Assembly (NCBI GenBank): GCA_036337435.1
Contig: JAYZEG010000083.1
Span: 1-33,253, forward strand
Reading direction: 5' to 3'
DNA: 33,253 nucleotides
Source of the DNA: Myxococcota bacterium
GTDB taxonomy: Bacteria; Myxococcota_A; Bradymonadia; UBA7976; UBA1532
Shown here: positions 1 through 8,708 of the stretch, piece after piece
How positions within the stretch are numbered: position 1 is the stretch's first letter
Layout of the letters: each line of letters opens with the position of its first letter
Made by a program: the position numbers and the translations under genes
The notes under the pieces: model-generated
What the model was told of the DNA's origin: nothing
The model's database searches: none
What the model saw: the letters and a program-made list of their open reading frames with translations, nothing else

Positions 1-484
1 GTCTGAAGTGGTGGCCTTCACCGAGCGCGATGACGACGTCGATGTCCAATTTGCGTCGCTCTAGAAGCGCCAGTGCATCATGGATGGCTTGGCCCATGGC
101 CGGGACCCGTGCGTATTTTTCACTGCCGCCAATCAAGGGCAAAGCAATCTCTGATAGACCGGCTTGTGCAGCCAGCCTGATGGCCGATGCAGTACATCCG
201 TAGACTTTGACTGGCGGATACGGCTGACCACCTTCTTGGTCTGGCCACAAACACGTGAAAATTACAAACTTGCCATCGGGCAACAGTTCGGGTTGGCTGC
301 TCACACCCCAGCCTAAGTCAGGCAGTCTCATCTTTGGATACCTGAGGCAGAATTGTTGGCTGATTTTACCGTAGTTTCGGCGTTGGGTCTTTATGGTCAC
401 AACGAATGCGTCGTAATCGAATAGGTCGCATGACTCCATACGTTCTATCGCATTAGATTCGAAGCTTCGATCTTGATATTTCAT
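1..484 (-). CDS. Macro-domain-like protein (degenerate DarG/TARG1-type), 3' end runs off the window
   Basis: Not in the ORF track; translated by hand from ATG at 484 and open to the window edge: MKYQDRSFESNAIERMESCDLFDYDAFVVTIKTQRRNYGKISQQFCLRYP...YGCTASAIRLAAQAGLSEIALPLIGG. The DLF..DAFV, GKI.QQF..RYP and EIALPLIGG segments resemble the macrodomain motifs GDLF, GKGIA.QF...YP and SIAxPxLG. Confidence 0.5.
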   Translation of the reverse strand, partial: MKYQDRSFESNAIERMESCDLFDYDAFVVTIKTQRRNYGKISQQFCLRYPKMRLPDLGWGVSSQPELLPDGKFVIFTCLWPDQEGGQPYPPVKVYGCTASAIRLAAQAGLSEIALPLIGGSEKYARVPAMGQAIHDALALLERRKLDIDVVIALGEGHHFR

Positions 485-741
485 ACCGGCCTGAATTCCT
501 GACCATTGACATACGTGGTCTCGAACCTAACTCCATCACACTAAAATCAACGGCACAAGCGTACTTAGTTCAAACGCACAAGCGAACCCATACACGTCCG
601 ATTCGGTCGGTTTGCCGGCGTTGCCTTGAGATGGAGAGCTTTTGTGGGGACAGTGGGATTTAAGTGGACTCGAACGACCTACCCACCGCAGACAATCTCT
701 GGCCATCGACACTCGTAGTCGGGCATAATTAAAGCGGTCCA

Positions 742-1407
742 ATGAGACTTCGAATGGGGATCAGAGTGTGTTTCAAACGATGCTTTAAATACTCGGTGCT
801 CGTTTTGAGTGTCGGCTTTGTGGCGTCGGCCATGCTGCCGCTGACCCCGCGGGACGATCTTGTCGAGATGTTATTAGATAAGTCCAGTCGATCACCGGTC
901 AGCGTGCTTATCGATTATGACTACCCCATTCACATGCGCCGGCTTTGGGTTATTGCCCGAAAGGATGGCTACCGCCACGATGGCAAAACCTATCGTCGGG
1001 GCGGGGTGGTGATGAATACATGGGTGTCCCATGCACTGAGAAGTGGCTTGATTACGGCGACCTATTTTTCCAATGTCAAAGACTCGATGCTCTCCTCTCG
1101 AGGCTTGATGAAGACCCACCTACAGACCCATGACAGTCGCCGTCATGGGGCTCCAGCCCTCAGGGTAGATGGCCTGAGTCCGCAGCTCAACTCGGCCGTC
1201 AGAAAAAGGCACATCATTTTTCACAAATCGTATTCGCCAGTGAGTGCAGGCTGCTTTCAATCCTTGCCTTCCATCAATGAACGTTTGACTAAATTAATCG
1301 CAGGGGGCAGCTTGCTGTACGTTCATAAGTCCAATGCAATCGATGTAAAGCGGCCGCCTCGATTCATCGATTGGCGCTCGTACTTTGACGCGCTAGACTC
1401 GAGTTAA
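742..1407 (+). CDS. Murein L,D-transpeptidase catalytic domain family protein (YkuD_2-like)
   Basis: N-terminal hydrophobic segment; IDYxxP...RLWVI, VSH...SG, FSN...S..SS.G, LRVDGL...N...RKRHIIFH and catalytic H...SAGC motifs. Confidence 0.75.
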   Translation: MRLRMGIRVCFKRCFKYSVLVLSVGFVASAMLPLTPRDDLVEMLLDKSSRSPVSVLIDYDYPIHMRRLWVIARKDGYRHDGKTYRRGGVVMNTWVSHALRSGLITATYFSNVKDSMLSSRGLMKTHLQTHDSRRHGAPALRVDGLSPQLNSAVRKRHIIFHKSYSPVSAGCFQSLPSINERLTKLIAGGSLLYVHKSNAIDVKRPPRFIDWRSYFDALDSS

Positions 1408-1470
1408 ACACGGGTTACTGCGGGCTGTTCAACAGTTTCCGGTCAGTCGAAGCGGAGGTCGATTGTCGTA

Positions 1471-2184
1471 ATGAATTCAATCAAAGTCGCTTTGCATGTG
1501 CTATCTGTCCTCGCCCTTTTCCTATGGGTGCCTCCACAGGCGTTGAGTCAGGCGCGTCCTGCTCTGAGTCAATGTGGCAGCGACAATCGAATTGTGCGGA
1601 TTGCGATTCATGCTAGCGCGAATCAGAAGGGTTGGACACAGACCCAAGAACTGGGTTGGCTCGACGCACAGTTTAAACAGGCCAATCGGCTGTTTGAGCC
1701 CATTAAGATCTGTTTTGTGGGTCGGCTTTCGAAGCCCTTGTCGGACCGCGACAACCGAATCAGGACGCGGGCGCAACGTACCCGCCTTGGGCGAATGAAC
1801 GAACATCAGCACCCGGGTGACATTGCGCTCTTTATCGTAGACAGGTTGGATGACATTGATTTGATCGGACAACAGATTCGCGGCGTACATTGGCGGGATC
1901 CGAAAAATCGTCGGGACAGACGCTGGATCATCTTGTCTCGCCTCGCAAAATCCATGGTCCTTGCCCATGAGCTGGGACATTATTTTTCTCTGCCCCATTC
2001 AGACGACCCGATCAGTATCATGAACAAGCAAAAACGAGCTATGCCACCGTTCCGCGAGAGACGTTTTTCTGATGCCGAAATGAGGCAAATGGCTGGTTTT
2101 GCTGAGCCGCTTTTTCGACGTGGTTATTTGATTCGACGGACCGATGTCGTGAACCATGATTGGATGGATTTCTACCAACCTTAG
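1471..2184 (+). CDS. Secreted metzincin zinc metalloprotease (matrixin/M43-like)
   Basis: GGAGG at 1454-1458; signal peptide; HELGHYFSLPH (HExxHxxxxxH) followed by a Met-turn (SIM). Confidence 0.8.
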   Translation: MNSIKVALHVLSVLALFLWVPPQALSQARPALSQCGSDNRIVRIAIHASANQKGWTQTQELGWLDAQFKQANRLFEPIKICFVGRLSKPLSDRDNRIRTRAQRTRLGRMNEHQHPGDIALFIVDRLDDIDLIGQQIRGVHWRDPKNRRDRRWIILSRLAKSMVLAHELGHYFSLPHSDDPISIMNKQKRAMPPFRERRFSDAEMRQMAGFAEPLFRRGYLIRRTDVVNHDWMDFYQP

Positions 2185-2264
2185 GATCAGAAAAAACGCT
2201 GCCTCCGGCGACTTCTATCGCCCAGAGATGCTCCATGGTTACGGCATTAACCAGGGGTAGAGAC

Positions 2265-3875
2265 GTGAGTGTTTTCAGCAAAACTCTAGCTGCGGTGGAG
2301 CAGGGCAATCAGCCGGATCGGTGGGCCTTTATCCCCTACGACCAGCTTTCGGCTCAAACAGGCCTGTTGCGTGATACGCAACCTTCTGAGCTGGGATTGA
2401 TTTTCTGTGAGACGCGGTGGAAACCAAGTCAGCGGCCCTATCACAAGCAGAAACTCGCGCTTCTCTTATCCAATCAGCGGCAATTTGCCCTCGAGATGGC
2501 TCGAGCAGGTTACGCTGTGCGCTACCTCGATGACGATCGGCCCTATGCGAATGTTCTTGAAGACTGCGTGGACGAGTGCGGCGTCATCGATGTGATGGAG
2601 CCAGCAGAATTTGAACTTCGCCAACAGCTCCAACCGCTGGTCGAGCGGGGTTTGATCCGGCCCTTGCCGAACGATTATTGGTTTACCACCGTCGATGATT
2701 TTCGTCGTTCGCAAGGACAGCATCGCAAATGGCGAATGGACAGGTTCTACCGGTATGTACGAAAAAAATATGACGTGCTCGTCGACGGCAAAGGCAAGCC
2801 CGAGGGGGGTAAATGGAGCCACGATGCCGACAATCGAAAGCCGTGGAACGGGCAGCCAGACGCGCCCATTCGGCCCCGCTTTGAGCCGTGTCCAATCGTG
2901 ACTGAAGTGTGTGAGATGGTTGCGACTCGGTTTGCAGACCATCCGGGTGAGCTCAAGCCCGATGCAATCCCGAGCACAGCCGAACAGGCACAACGGCTCT
3001 GGGAATGGAATCTTGCCCATTGTTTGAGCCTATTTGGCCCGTATGAAGATGCCATGAGTCGGCAAGAAGTCTACCTTTTTCACACTGGTATCTCGTCGCT
3101 CCTGAACCTGGGCCGTTTACATCCCAGACGATTAATCGAAGACGTTGCGTCGATGGATATTCCACTGAATAGCAAGGAAGGCTTTATTCGCCAGGTCATT
3201 GGCTGGCGAGAGTTTGTCCGCCATGTCCATCGGGAGACCGACGGTTTTAGGCAGCTTGACGACCAATTTAAGGCGGCCGGTTCATCTGCACACAACCCGT
3301 CGTTTTTGGACGCACACAATCGCCTACCACCCTTGTTTTGGGGCGAGCAAAGTGGGCTTGCGTGTATGGACCACGTCATCTCTGAAGTGTGGGAGCATGG
3401 GTATACTCACCACATCAATCGGCTCATGGTCCTTGCAAATTGGGCTACGCTTCTCGACGTGTCGCCGAGAGAATTGAGCGACTGGTTCTGGGTTGCCTTC
3501 ACCGATGCTTACGATTGGGTGGTCGAACCCAATGTCATCGGTATGGGAACCTTTGGGGTCGGTGAACTCATGACAACAAAGCCGTATGTCTCTGGTTCAG
3601 CCTACATTAACAAGATGAGCGACTACTGCAGTGATTGTCAGTTTTCTCCAGGGAAAACCTGCCCGATGACATCCTTATATTGGGCTTTTTTAGATCGTCA
3701 TAGCGACCGACTCTCCGGCAATCCGCGACTTTCGTTGGTGCTTGGCTCGTCTCGGAAACGAGCGAGCGCAAAAAAACATGAGGATGCTCGAATTGCGCAG
3801 TTGGTAATGGAAACCCTGCAGCGTGGAGAAATGCTCAGTTTAGATCGAATGCATGAAATTGAGCTCGCGTCATGA
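2265..3875 (+). CDS. phrB: FeS-cluster bacterial cryptochrome/(6-4) photolyase (FeS-BCP, PhrB/CryB family)
   Basis: YDQL, HKQKL, WRMDRFYR, GGKWSHDADNR, FGPYEDAM, EGFIRQVIGWRE, HHINRLM and DAYDWV motifs; four cluster Cys (LAC, DYCSDC, TCP). ORF is open from 2160; GTG at 2265 with AGGGG upstream is the preferred start. Confidence 0.9.
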   Translation: MSVFSKTLAAVEQGNQPDRWAFIPYDQLSAQTGLLRDTQPSELGLIFCETRWKPSQRPYHKQKLALLLSNQRQFALEMARAGYAVRYLDDDRPYANVLEDCVDECGVIDVMEPAEFELRQQLQPLVERGLIRPLPNDYWFTTVDDFRRSQGQHRKWRMDRFYRYVRKKYDVLVDGKGKPEGGKWSHDADNRKPWNGQPDAPIRPRFEPCPIVTEVCEMVATRFADHPGELKPDAIPSTAEQAQRLWEWNLAHCLSLFGPYEDAMSRQEVYLFHTGISSLLNLGRLHPRRLIEDVASMDIPLNSKEGFIRQVIGWREFVRHVHRETDGFRQLDDQFKAAGSSAHNPSFLDAHNRLPPLFWGEQSGLACMDHVISEVWEHGYTHHINRLMVLANWATLLDVSPRELSDWFWVAFTDAYDWVVEPNVIGMGTFGVGELMTTKPYVSGSAYINKMSDYCSDCQFSPGKTCPMTSLYWAFLDRHSDRLSGNPRLSLVLGSSRKRASAKKHEDARIAQLVMETLQRGEMLSLDRMHEIELAS

Positions 3876-5386
3876 GCTCGACTCATGTGGTTTGGTTCAA
3901 AAGAGACTTGCGGACTGTCGACAACGAAGCATTGACCCGCGCGGCGCAACAAGCGCATGTCATTTGTCTCTACATCTATGAGCCGGCTGTGTTGAATCAT
4001 CCCGACTACGATGCCCGGCATCTCAGGTTCACAAACCAGTGTCTTGCCGAGTTAGACGACCGTTTGTCCCGACTCGGCGGTTCGTTACTGATTCGGTTTG
4101 GGCCTGCTGTCGATGTTCTGAACGCACTGTATTCGGAATGCGAATTTAGCACATTACACAGCCATATTGAGACTGGGAATGATGTGACCTATAAGCGGGA
4201 CCTGGCGGTTGCCCGGTGGGCAAAATCCATGAACGTAGACTGGCGAGAGTATGCCCAGCACGGCGTGTTCCGTCGTCTCAAAGACCGCGATGGCTGGTCA
4301 CGTAGATGGCTTCAGCAAATGCGTCGCCCACTTTTCGCTGAACCCGAGTCCATCACGTTTGCTCAACACGGACCCAGCGATGGCCTTAAGACCGCTGCGG
4401 AGCTCGGACTTGATGGTCATCGTTTAATCGACCCTCAGCAAGGCGGCATGTCCGTTGCTTACGAGACGCTTCATTCGTTTCTGACCGACAGAGGGTCAGG
4501 CTACCGCTTTGAGATGTCATCGCCCAATACAGCCTGGTCGGCTTGCAGTCGAATCAGCCCTCATCTCGCCTATGGCACAATTTCCATGCGCGAGATCCTT
4601 CAGAAAACGGAGGCGCGACAAGCGCGTGTCAGAGCATCCCGAGCTTTGAATCGGACCAAGGGTGATCCTTGGCTCGAATCTTTGGCAAGTTTTTCCAAGC
4701 GCCTTCGATGGCATTGCCACTTCATCCAGAAGCTAGAAAGTCAGCCAGACCTTGAGTTTCAAAACATGGCTCGAGTGTATGACGGCATGAGAGAACCCCA
4801 TTTTCGCGATGACTTCTTTGACGCTTGGAAAGCGGGTCTGACAGGCTACCCATTGGTGGATGCATGTATGCGGGCTTTGAGACAAACAGGGTGGTTGAAC
4901 TTTCGCATGAGGGCGATGCTCGTTTCATTTGCCTCCTACCATCTGTGGCTGCATTGGCGTCCGACCGCGATCTTTCTTGCCCAGCAATTTGTCGACTATG
5001 AGCCGGGCATTCATTATTCTCAGTGCCAAATGCAGAGCGGCACGACTGGGATCAACTCAGTCCGAATCTATTCACCGATAAAACAAGTTGCAGACCACGA
5101 CCCAGATGGGCAATTCATCAAGCGGTGGGTTCCAGAATTGGAGGCCGTACCCAATGAGTACATTGCAGAACCGGACAAAATGCCAGCAACTGTGCAACTC
5201 AGTGCTGGCTGTGTCATTGGCAGGGACTACCCGGCACCACTCGTGAGCCACCGTGCCGCTGTCGCCGCCGCGAAGAAACGGATCTATGCGCTCCGAAAAA
5301 CCGCGGGTGCAAGAGCAGAGTCGAAGAAAGTCTACGTCCGGCATGGAAGCCGACGAGGACCAGCCTCGCGTCGACGTCCCTCTTAG
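3872..5386 (+). CDS. Deoxyribodipyrimidine photolyase/cryptochrome family FAD-binding protein
   Basis: VWFKRDLR.DN, SRISPHL..G.IS, W..G.TGYPLVDACMR.L..TGW.NFRMR, DYEPGI and DP.G.FI..WVPEL motifs; ATGA overlap with the upstream photolyase. Confidence 0.9.
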   Translation: MSSTHVVWFKRDLRTVDNEALTRAAQQAHVICLYIYEPAVLNHPDYDARHLRFTNQCLAELDDRLSRLGGSLLIRFGPAVDVLNALYSECEFSTLHSHIETGNDVTYKRDLAVARWAKSMNVDWREYAQHGVFRRLKDRDGWSRRWLQQMRRPLFAEPESITFAQHGPSDGLKTAAELGLDGHRLIDPQQGGMSVAYETLHSFLTDRGSGYRFEMSSPNTAWSACSRISPHLAYGTISMREILQKTEARQARVRASRALNRTKGDPWLESLASFSKRLRWHCHFIQKLESQPDLEFQNMARVYDGMREPHFRDDFFDAWKAGLTGYPLVDACMRALRQTGWLNFRMRAMLVSFASYHLWLHWRPTAIFLAQQFVDYEPGIHYSQCQMQSGTTGINSVRIYSPIKQVADHDPDGQFIKRWVPELEAVPNEYIAEPDKMPATVQLSAGCVIGRDYPAPLVSHRAAVAAAKKRIYALRKTAGARAESKKVYVRHGSRRGPASRRRPS

Positions 5387-5838
5387 CGTGTATAGTGGTA
5401 ATGAAAAATGCAGGTGACCAAGATGGCGCGTGCGCTCCACCCAACGGTTCGAATCCAATTTGTCAGTACGAGGCGTCGATGGGCATTTGAATCGAATTCG
5501 GTCAAAAGTCGATTGTGGGCGGGAACCGAAAAGATTGCCGTTGCGATCCACACGAGAACCAGCAGGGCGAATGCGCGCCAAGCGAGTGCGAGTTGGGTTC
5601 CCATTGGTAAACAGATGACCAAACCTAATGCTGATGCAGCTTCCAGCAGCATCGCTGGTCCGACGGCCCAGCTGGTTCGCGCCATGTGCGCCTTTTGATA
5701 GGCCACATACTGGGCCTCGCCAACCCGAGCCATCAATGGATAATGAACGAGCTGGACGAACCAAATGAGTCCTGTCATGTAGAGGGTCGTGACCAAGTTC
5801 GTGGTCAGGACCAGGCCTGTTAATTCGGGGGCTAACAT
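5383..5838 (-). CDS. Conserved membrane protein (~4 TM)
   Basis: GGAGG RBS; hydrophobic helices; GLIW.VQ.VHYP...H...VGP.M..E and VPAH..L....N..RT pattern. Confidence 0.7.
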   Translation of the reverse strand: MLAPELTGLVLTTNLVTTLYMTGLIWFVQLVHYPLMARVGEAQYVAYQKAHMARTSWAVGPAMLLEAASALGLVICLPMGTQLALAWRAFALLVLVWIATAIFSVPAHNRLLTEFDSNAHRRLVLTNWIRTVGWSARAILVTCIFHYHYTR

Positions 5839-5855
5839 GATGTTGCGAAGCCTCC

Positions 5856-6626
5856 TTAAAATCCGATTTCGGTGCCATCCCAGGCATAAAAACCACCGGT
5901 ATGCTCGGCGTCGAGATTCCCAATAACCTCTGCTAAATATCGAGCACTTTGTCCCGGGGAAAAGAGCTTTTCAGGTGGTGTGCGGGATGTAAAGGGCGAC
6001 GACAGGTGCGTATCGACCGTTCCTGGGTGGAGGGCAACGCAAATGAGATGGCGCCACAAGCGTTTGGCTTCGATGGCAGCACATTTCAAAAGCATGTTCT
6101 GCGCAGCTTTAGACGCCCTGTAACTGTACCAGCCGCCGAGTCGGTTATCGCTGATGCTGCCGACTCTGGCCGAGAGCGATGCGAAGACCGTACGCTCACG
6201 TTTCGCTAACAGCGGGAGATAGTGCTTTATGGCTAATGCGACGCCGAAGGTATTGACCTTGAATACACGTTCCATCGATGCGGGGTCGAGGTGTCGCCAT
6301 GTACGTTCTGGACCAAGCGGGCCGTCGTGTAATAGGCCGCTGCAGTTAATGATGCAGTCCAAGTTGTCAAACCGGGCCGTCAGCACGTCCGCTAATCGCG
6401 CGCAAGACTGGTCGTCAGTGAGATCGAGTTGCATTCGGATCACGTTGTCTTGTTCTGGTGCTTCATCGACCCAGGCTGCGTCCCGGCTTGTCGTCACCAC
6501 AACGCTGGCAGGGCACTCCGTTGCGATGAGCTGAGCGAGTGATTCGCCAACACCACCTTTACCGCCAATGAGCAGCGTGTTAATCGGCCGCTTAAAGCCG
6601 AGAATACACTTGGTTTCAGCTGTCAT
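5856..6626 (-). CDS. Short-chain dehydrogenase/reductase, CsgA (C-factor)-like subgroup
   Basis: GGKGGVG Rossmann motif, INCSG, SARVGSISDNRLGGWYSYRASKAAQN (YxxxK) and LHPGTVDT. Confidence 0.9.
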   Translation of the reverse strand: MTAETKCILGFKRPINTLLIGGKGGVGESLAQLIATECPASVVVTTSRDAAWVDEAPEQDNVIRMQLDLTDDQSCARLADVLTARFDNLDCIINCSGLLHDGPLGPERTWRHLDPASMERVFKVNTFGVALAIKHYLPLLAKRERTVFASLSARVGSISDNRLGGWYSYRASKAAQNMLLKCAAIEAKRLWRHLICVALHPGTVDTHLSSPFTSRTPPEKLFSPGQSARYLAEVIGNLDAEHTGGFYAWDGTEIGF

Positions 6627-6651
6627 AATGGGTTCATCTTTGGTTGTGTAC

Positions 6652-7563
6652 TCATGTTTGTAATGTGCCTTTCGGTAGCGGAAGCAATAGGCGAGTTCGC
6701 TTCAAATACGCTCTGTAATCGGGGTCGTCGCCCCACCGCTGTTGGGCGCGCTGGCGCAGCATCGGTATCCCGCTCATGCGCGTGAGAAGGATATAGACGA
6801 AAATTGGGCTTAAGATGCCGAGCCATGCCGCGCCCGAATAAAGATGCAAGCCCGAGACAAATAGGCCGAACCAGAGCAAGATTTCCCCGAAGTAATTGGG
6901 GTGTTGCGACAACGACCAAAGGCCCTCGTCAATCCATTTTGCTTGCCCATCACCACGGGTTCGAAATTGATTTTTCTGCCGGTCGGCTATGACTTCGATC
7001 ATCATGCCCAGGCCCCAAAGCAACCAGCCCGTGAAATCGACCCATGTCAACTCTGAATCGGCTGTCTTTGCGGTCACGATAATGAGCACGGGGAGAAGCG
7101 TGAGAAAGGTCCATAACCCTTGCAAGGTCCACGTCATAAAAAACTGTGGTGTATTGAATTTGATCTCATCGAAGCGGCTGTCTTTGCCCACCGTGTGGAT
7201 GCGACGTCCGAGATAGAGGCCCAGGCGGAATGCCCAAATGAGGACGAGGAGACTGAGAACGGTTCGCCGAGGACCCGCGAGACCATGGGCGGCCGCTAGA
7301 CTCCAACTGACCGCAACCAGAACCACAAAGGTCGACGTGCCCACGATGTCGTAAAACGTCTCGGTTCGCTTGATTACCGCAGGTATGAACGCGACCCACT
7401 GTATCACCAGCGCCAGCGTGGCCAAATAGACAAACACGTTGACGCGGCCGACCTCTAAAGCCGCTGGGCCGACCACATAACTTAGCACTCCCACGACGAA
7501 CACCGCCACAAAGCATACAAGCAGGCTGGAAGCCCGGCTCACGGTCGGTGCCTCCGTACGCAC
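6652..7563 (-). CDS. DUF1295 (steroid 5-alpha-reductase-like) membrane protein
   Basis: Multiple TM helices; YD..G, W..RLG..L..R, D.RF, E..AD.QK..F, GLW..S.HPNYFGEI..W and SGIP motifs; GTG start with GAGG. Confidence 0.88.
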   Translation of the reverse strand: MRTEAPTVSRASSLLVCFVAVFVVGVLSYVVGPAALEVGRVNVFVYLATLALVIQWVAFIPAVIKRTETFYDIVGTSTFVVLVAVSWSLAAAHGLAGPRRTVLSLLVLIWAFRLGLYLGRRIHTVGKDSRFDEIKFNTPQFFMTWTLQGLWTFLTLLPVLIIVTAKTADSELTWVDFTGWLLWGLGMMIEVIADRQKNQFRTRGDGQAKWIDEGLWSLSQHPNYFGEILLWFGLFVSGLHLYSGAAWLGILSPIFVYILLTRMSGIPMLRQRAQQRWGDDPDYRAYLKRTRLLLPLPKGTLQT

Positions 7564-7631
7564 CGCCTCACCTGACGGCTCTCTGGAGCAAGCGCAGTCA
7601 TCGAAGCCGCTTTCCGTTCACGCCGCGTACG

Positions 7632-8285
7632 CTACGCGAGTGCCAGCCGTGGCTTCTGTGTGCGTTTGATTCGAGTCACCGGTCGATCTTCGTCGAGCAT
7701 GTGGCCCATTCGGACGCGTTTCGTTTCCAAGTAGTCGGTGTTGACACTGTTCTCACCAACGCTGATTTCGATTCGACCGACGACCGGAATCCCCTCGGCT
7801 TTCAATCCCTCAATTTTCAGCGGATTGTTGGTCATGAGTTCCACGGACTCGATTCCAGCCGCAGCGATCATCTCAGCCGCCATGTCGTATTGCCGCAGGT
7901 CGTCACCAAATCCCAGTTCGCGATTTGCGTCGACGGTATCGTACCCATCTTCTTGTAATCTGTAGGCACGGATCTTATTACCCAAGCCGATACCACGGCC
8001 CTCTTGGCGGAGATAAGCGACGGCACCCCGGCCGCGCTCTGCAATGTAAGCGAGTGCTGCTAACAACTGCGGCTTGCAATCACATTTGAGAGAGCCCAGC
8101 ACTTCACCTGTGAGGCATTCGGAGTGCACTCGCACGGGTAGGCGTTTGGCCCCGTCTAAGTCTCCAACAGAAATGAGTAGGTGTTCCTTGCCCTGGTGTC
8201 GATATACACGGACGTCAAAGTCCCCGTATTCAGTCGGTAAATGCGTCTGCGCATAAAACGGTCCATCAATGAGTTGTTCAGTCAC
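7632..8285 (-). CDS. ribA: GTP cyclohydrolase II
   Basis: LPT.YG.F, VRVHSECLTGEVLGSLKCDC (Zn Cys), YLRQEGRGIGL.NKI.AY.LQ, DTVDAN..LG, LMTNNP.K and YL.TK..RMGH. ORF is open from 8351; GTG at 8285 follows AGGGAG. Confidence 0.95.
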   Translation of the reverse strand: MTEQLIDGPFYAQTHLPTEYGDFDVRVYRHQGKEHLLISVGDLDGAKRLPVRVHSECLTGEVLGSLKCDCKPQLLAALAYIAERGRGAVAYLRQEGRGIGLGNKIRAYRLQEDGYDTVDANRELGFGDDLRQYDMAAEMIAAAGIESVELMTNNPLKIEGLKAEGIPVVGRIEISVGENSVNTDYLETKRVRMGHMLDEDRPVTRIKRTQKPRLALA

Positions 8286-8644
8286 CGCGATACTCCCTCT
8301 AATTGTGTGTGCGGCCGATGCCCTCGCGCCAGTGTCATGTACACGGCTCACCCGTTAGCCGAACGGCACTCCCTGCCATCCAACAGCGCATCGACAACTA
8401 AGAGAGTTGCACACAGTGCTGGCGGTTACCTACTCGTGATAATTTCTCGGGGTTGCACTTGCTGGATAAGGGTAAGCCCCCCTTGATTTGCTGCTGGCTT
8501 CAGTTTGTGTGCGTGCTCGGATCGGGTCGCTTGTCACACATTGAGGGGTCTCGAGGTCTCGTTTGCGTCTTGAAACCCAACTCGCTGGGGCGAGACGACC
8601 CTAGCCCAGACTGGTGAACGAGGTGAAGATGGGCCTCGGAGCGT

Positions 8645-8660
8645 TGGCACAATCAATGCA
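8645..8660 (+). promoter_or_regulatory. Sigma-54 (-24/-12) promoter for the 8709 lipoprotein gene
   Basis: TGGCACAATCAATGCA matches TGGCAC-N5-TTGCW with one mismatch and exact GG-N10-GC spacing, 48 bp before the ATG. Confidence 0.65.
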
Positions 8661-8708
8661 ACAGTGAGAGAACCAGGCGCGACGGCGAACCAATTTTAAG
8701 AGGTCAAT

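Noticed and set aside
1..1407. DarTG toxin-antitoxin system
   Set aside because: No DarT-like ORF upstream, and the DarG catalytic Lys motif is not seen.
5072..5923. 283-aa minus-strand ORF and other long shadow ORFs (e.g. 2466-3020, 13647-14279, 11088-11636, 23342-23938)
   Set aside because: They overlap well-supported genes in other frames or strands and have no motifs; such ORFs are expected at this GC content.
5856..6626. Calling the SDR csgA (developmental C-signal)
   Set aside because: This SDR subgroup is widespread in non-developing bacteria; orthology cannot be shown from motifs.
8286..8640. FMN or SAM-I riboswitch upstream of ribA
   Set aside because: Only short fragments resemble them (GGATGG..GGAG; CTTATC). 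The conserved cores (AGGGC.GGGTGAAATTCCC.ACCG; GAGGGA..GGCCC...GCAACC) are absent.
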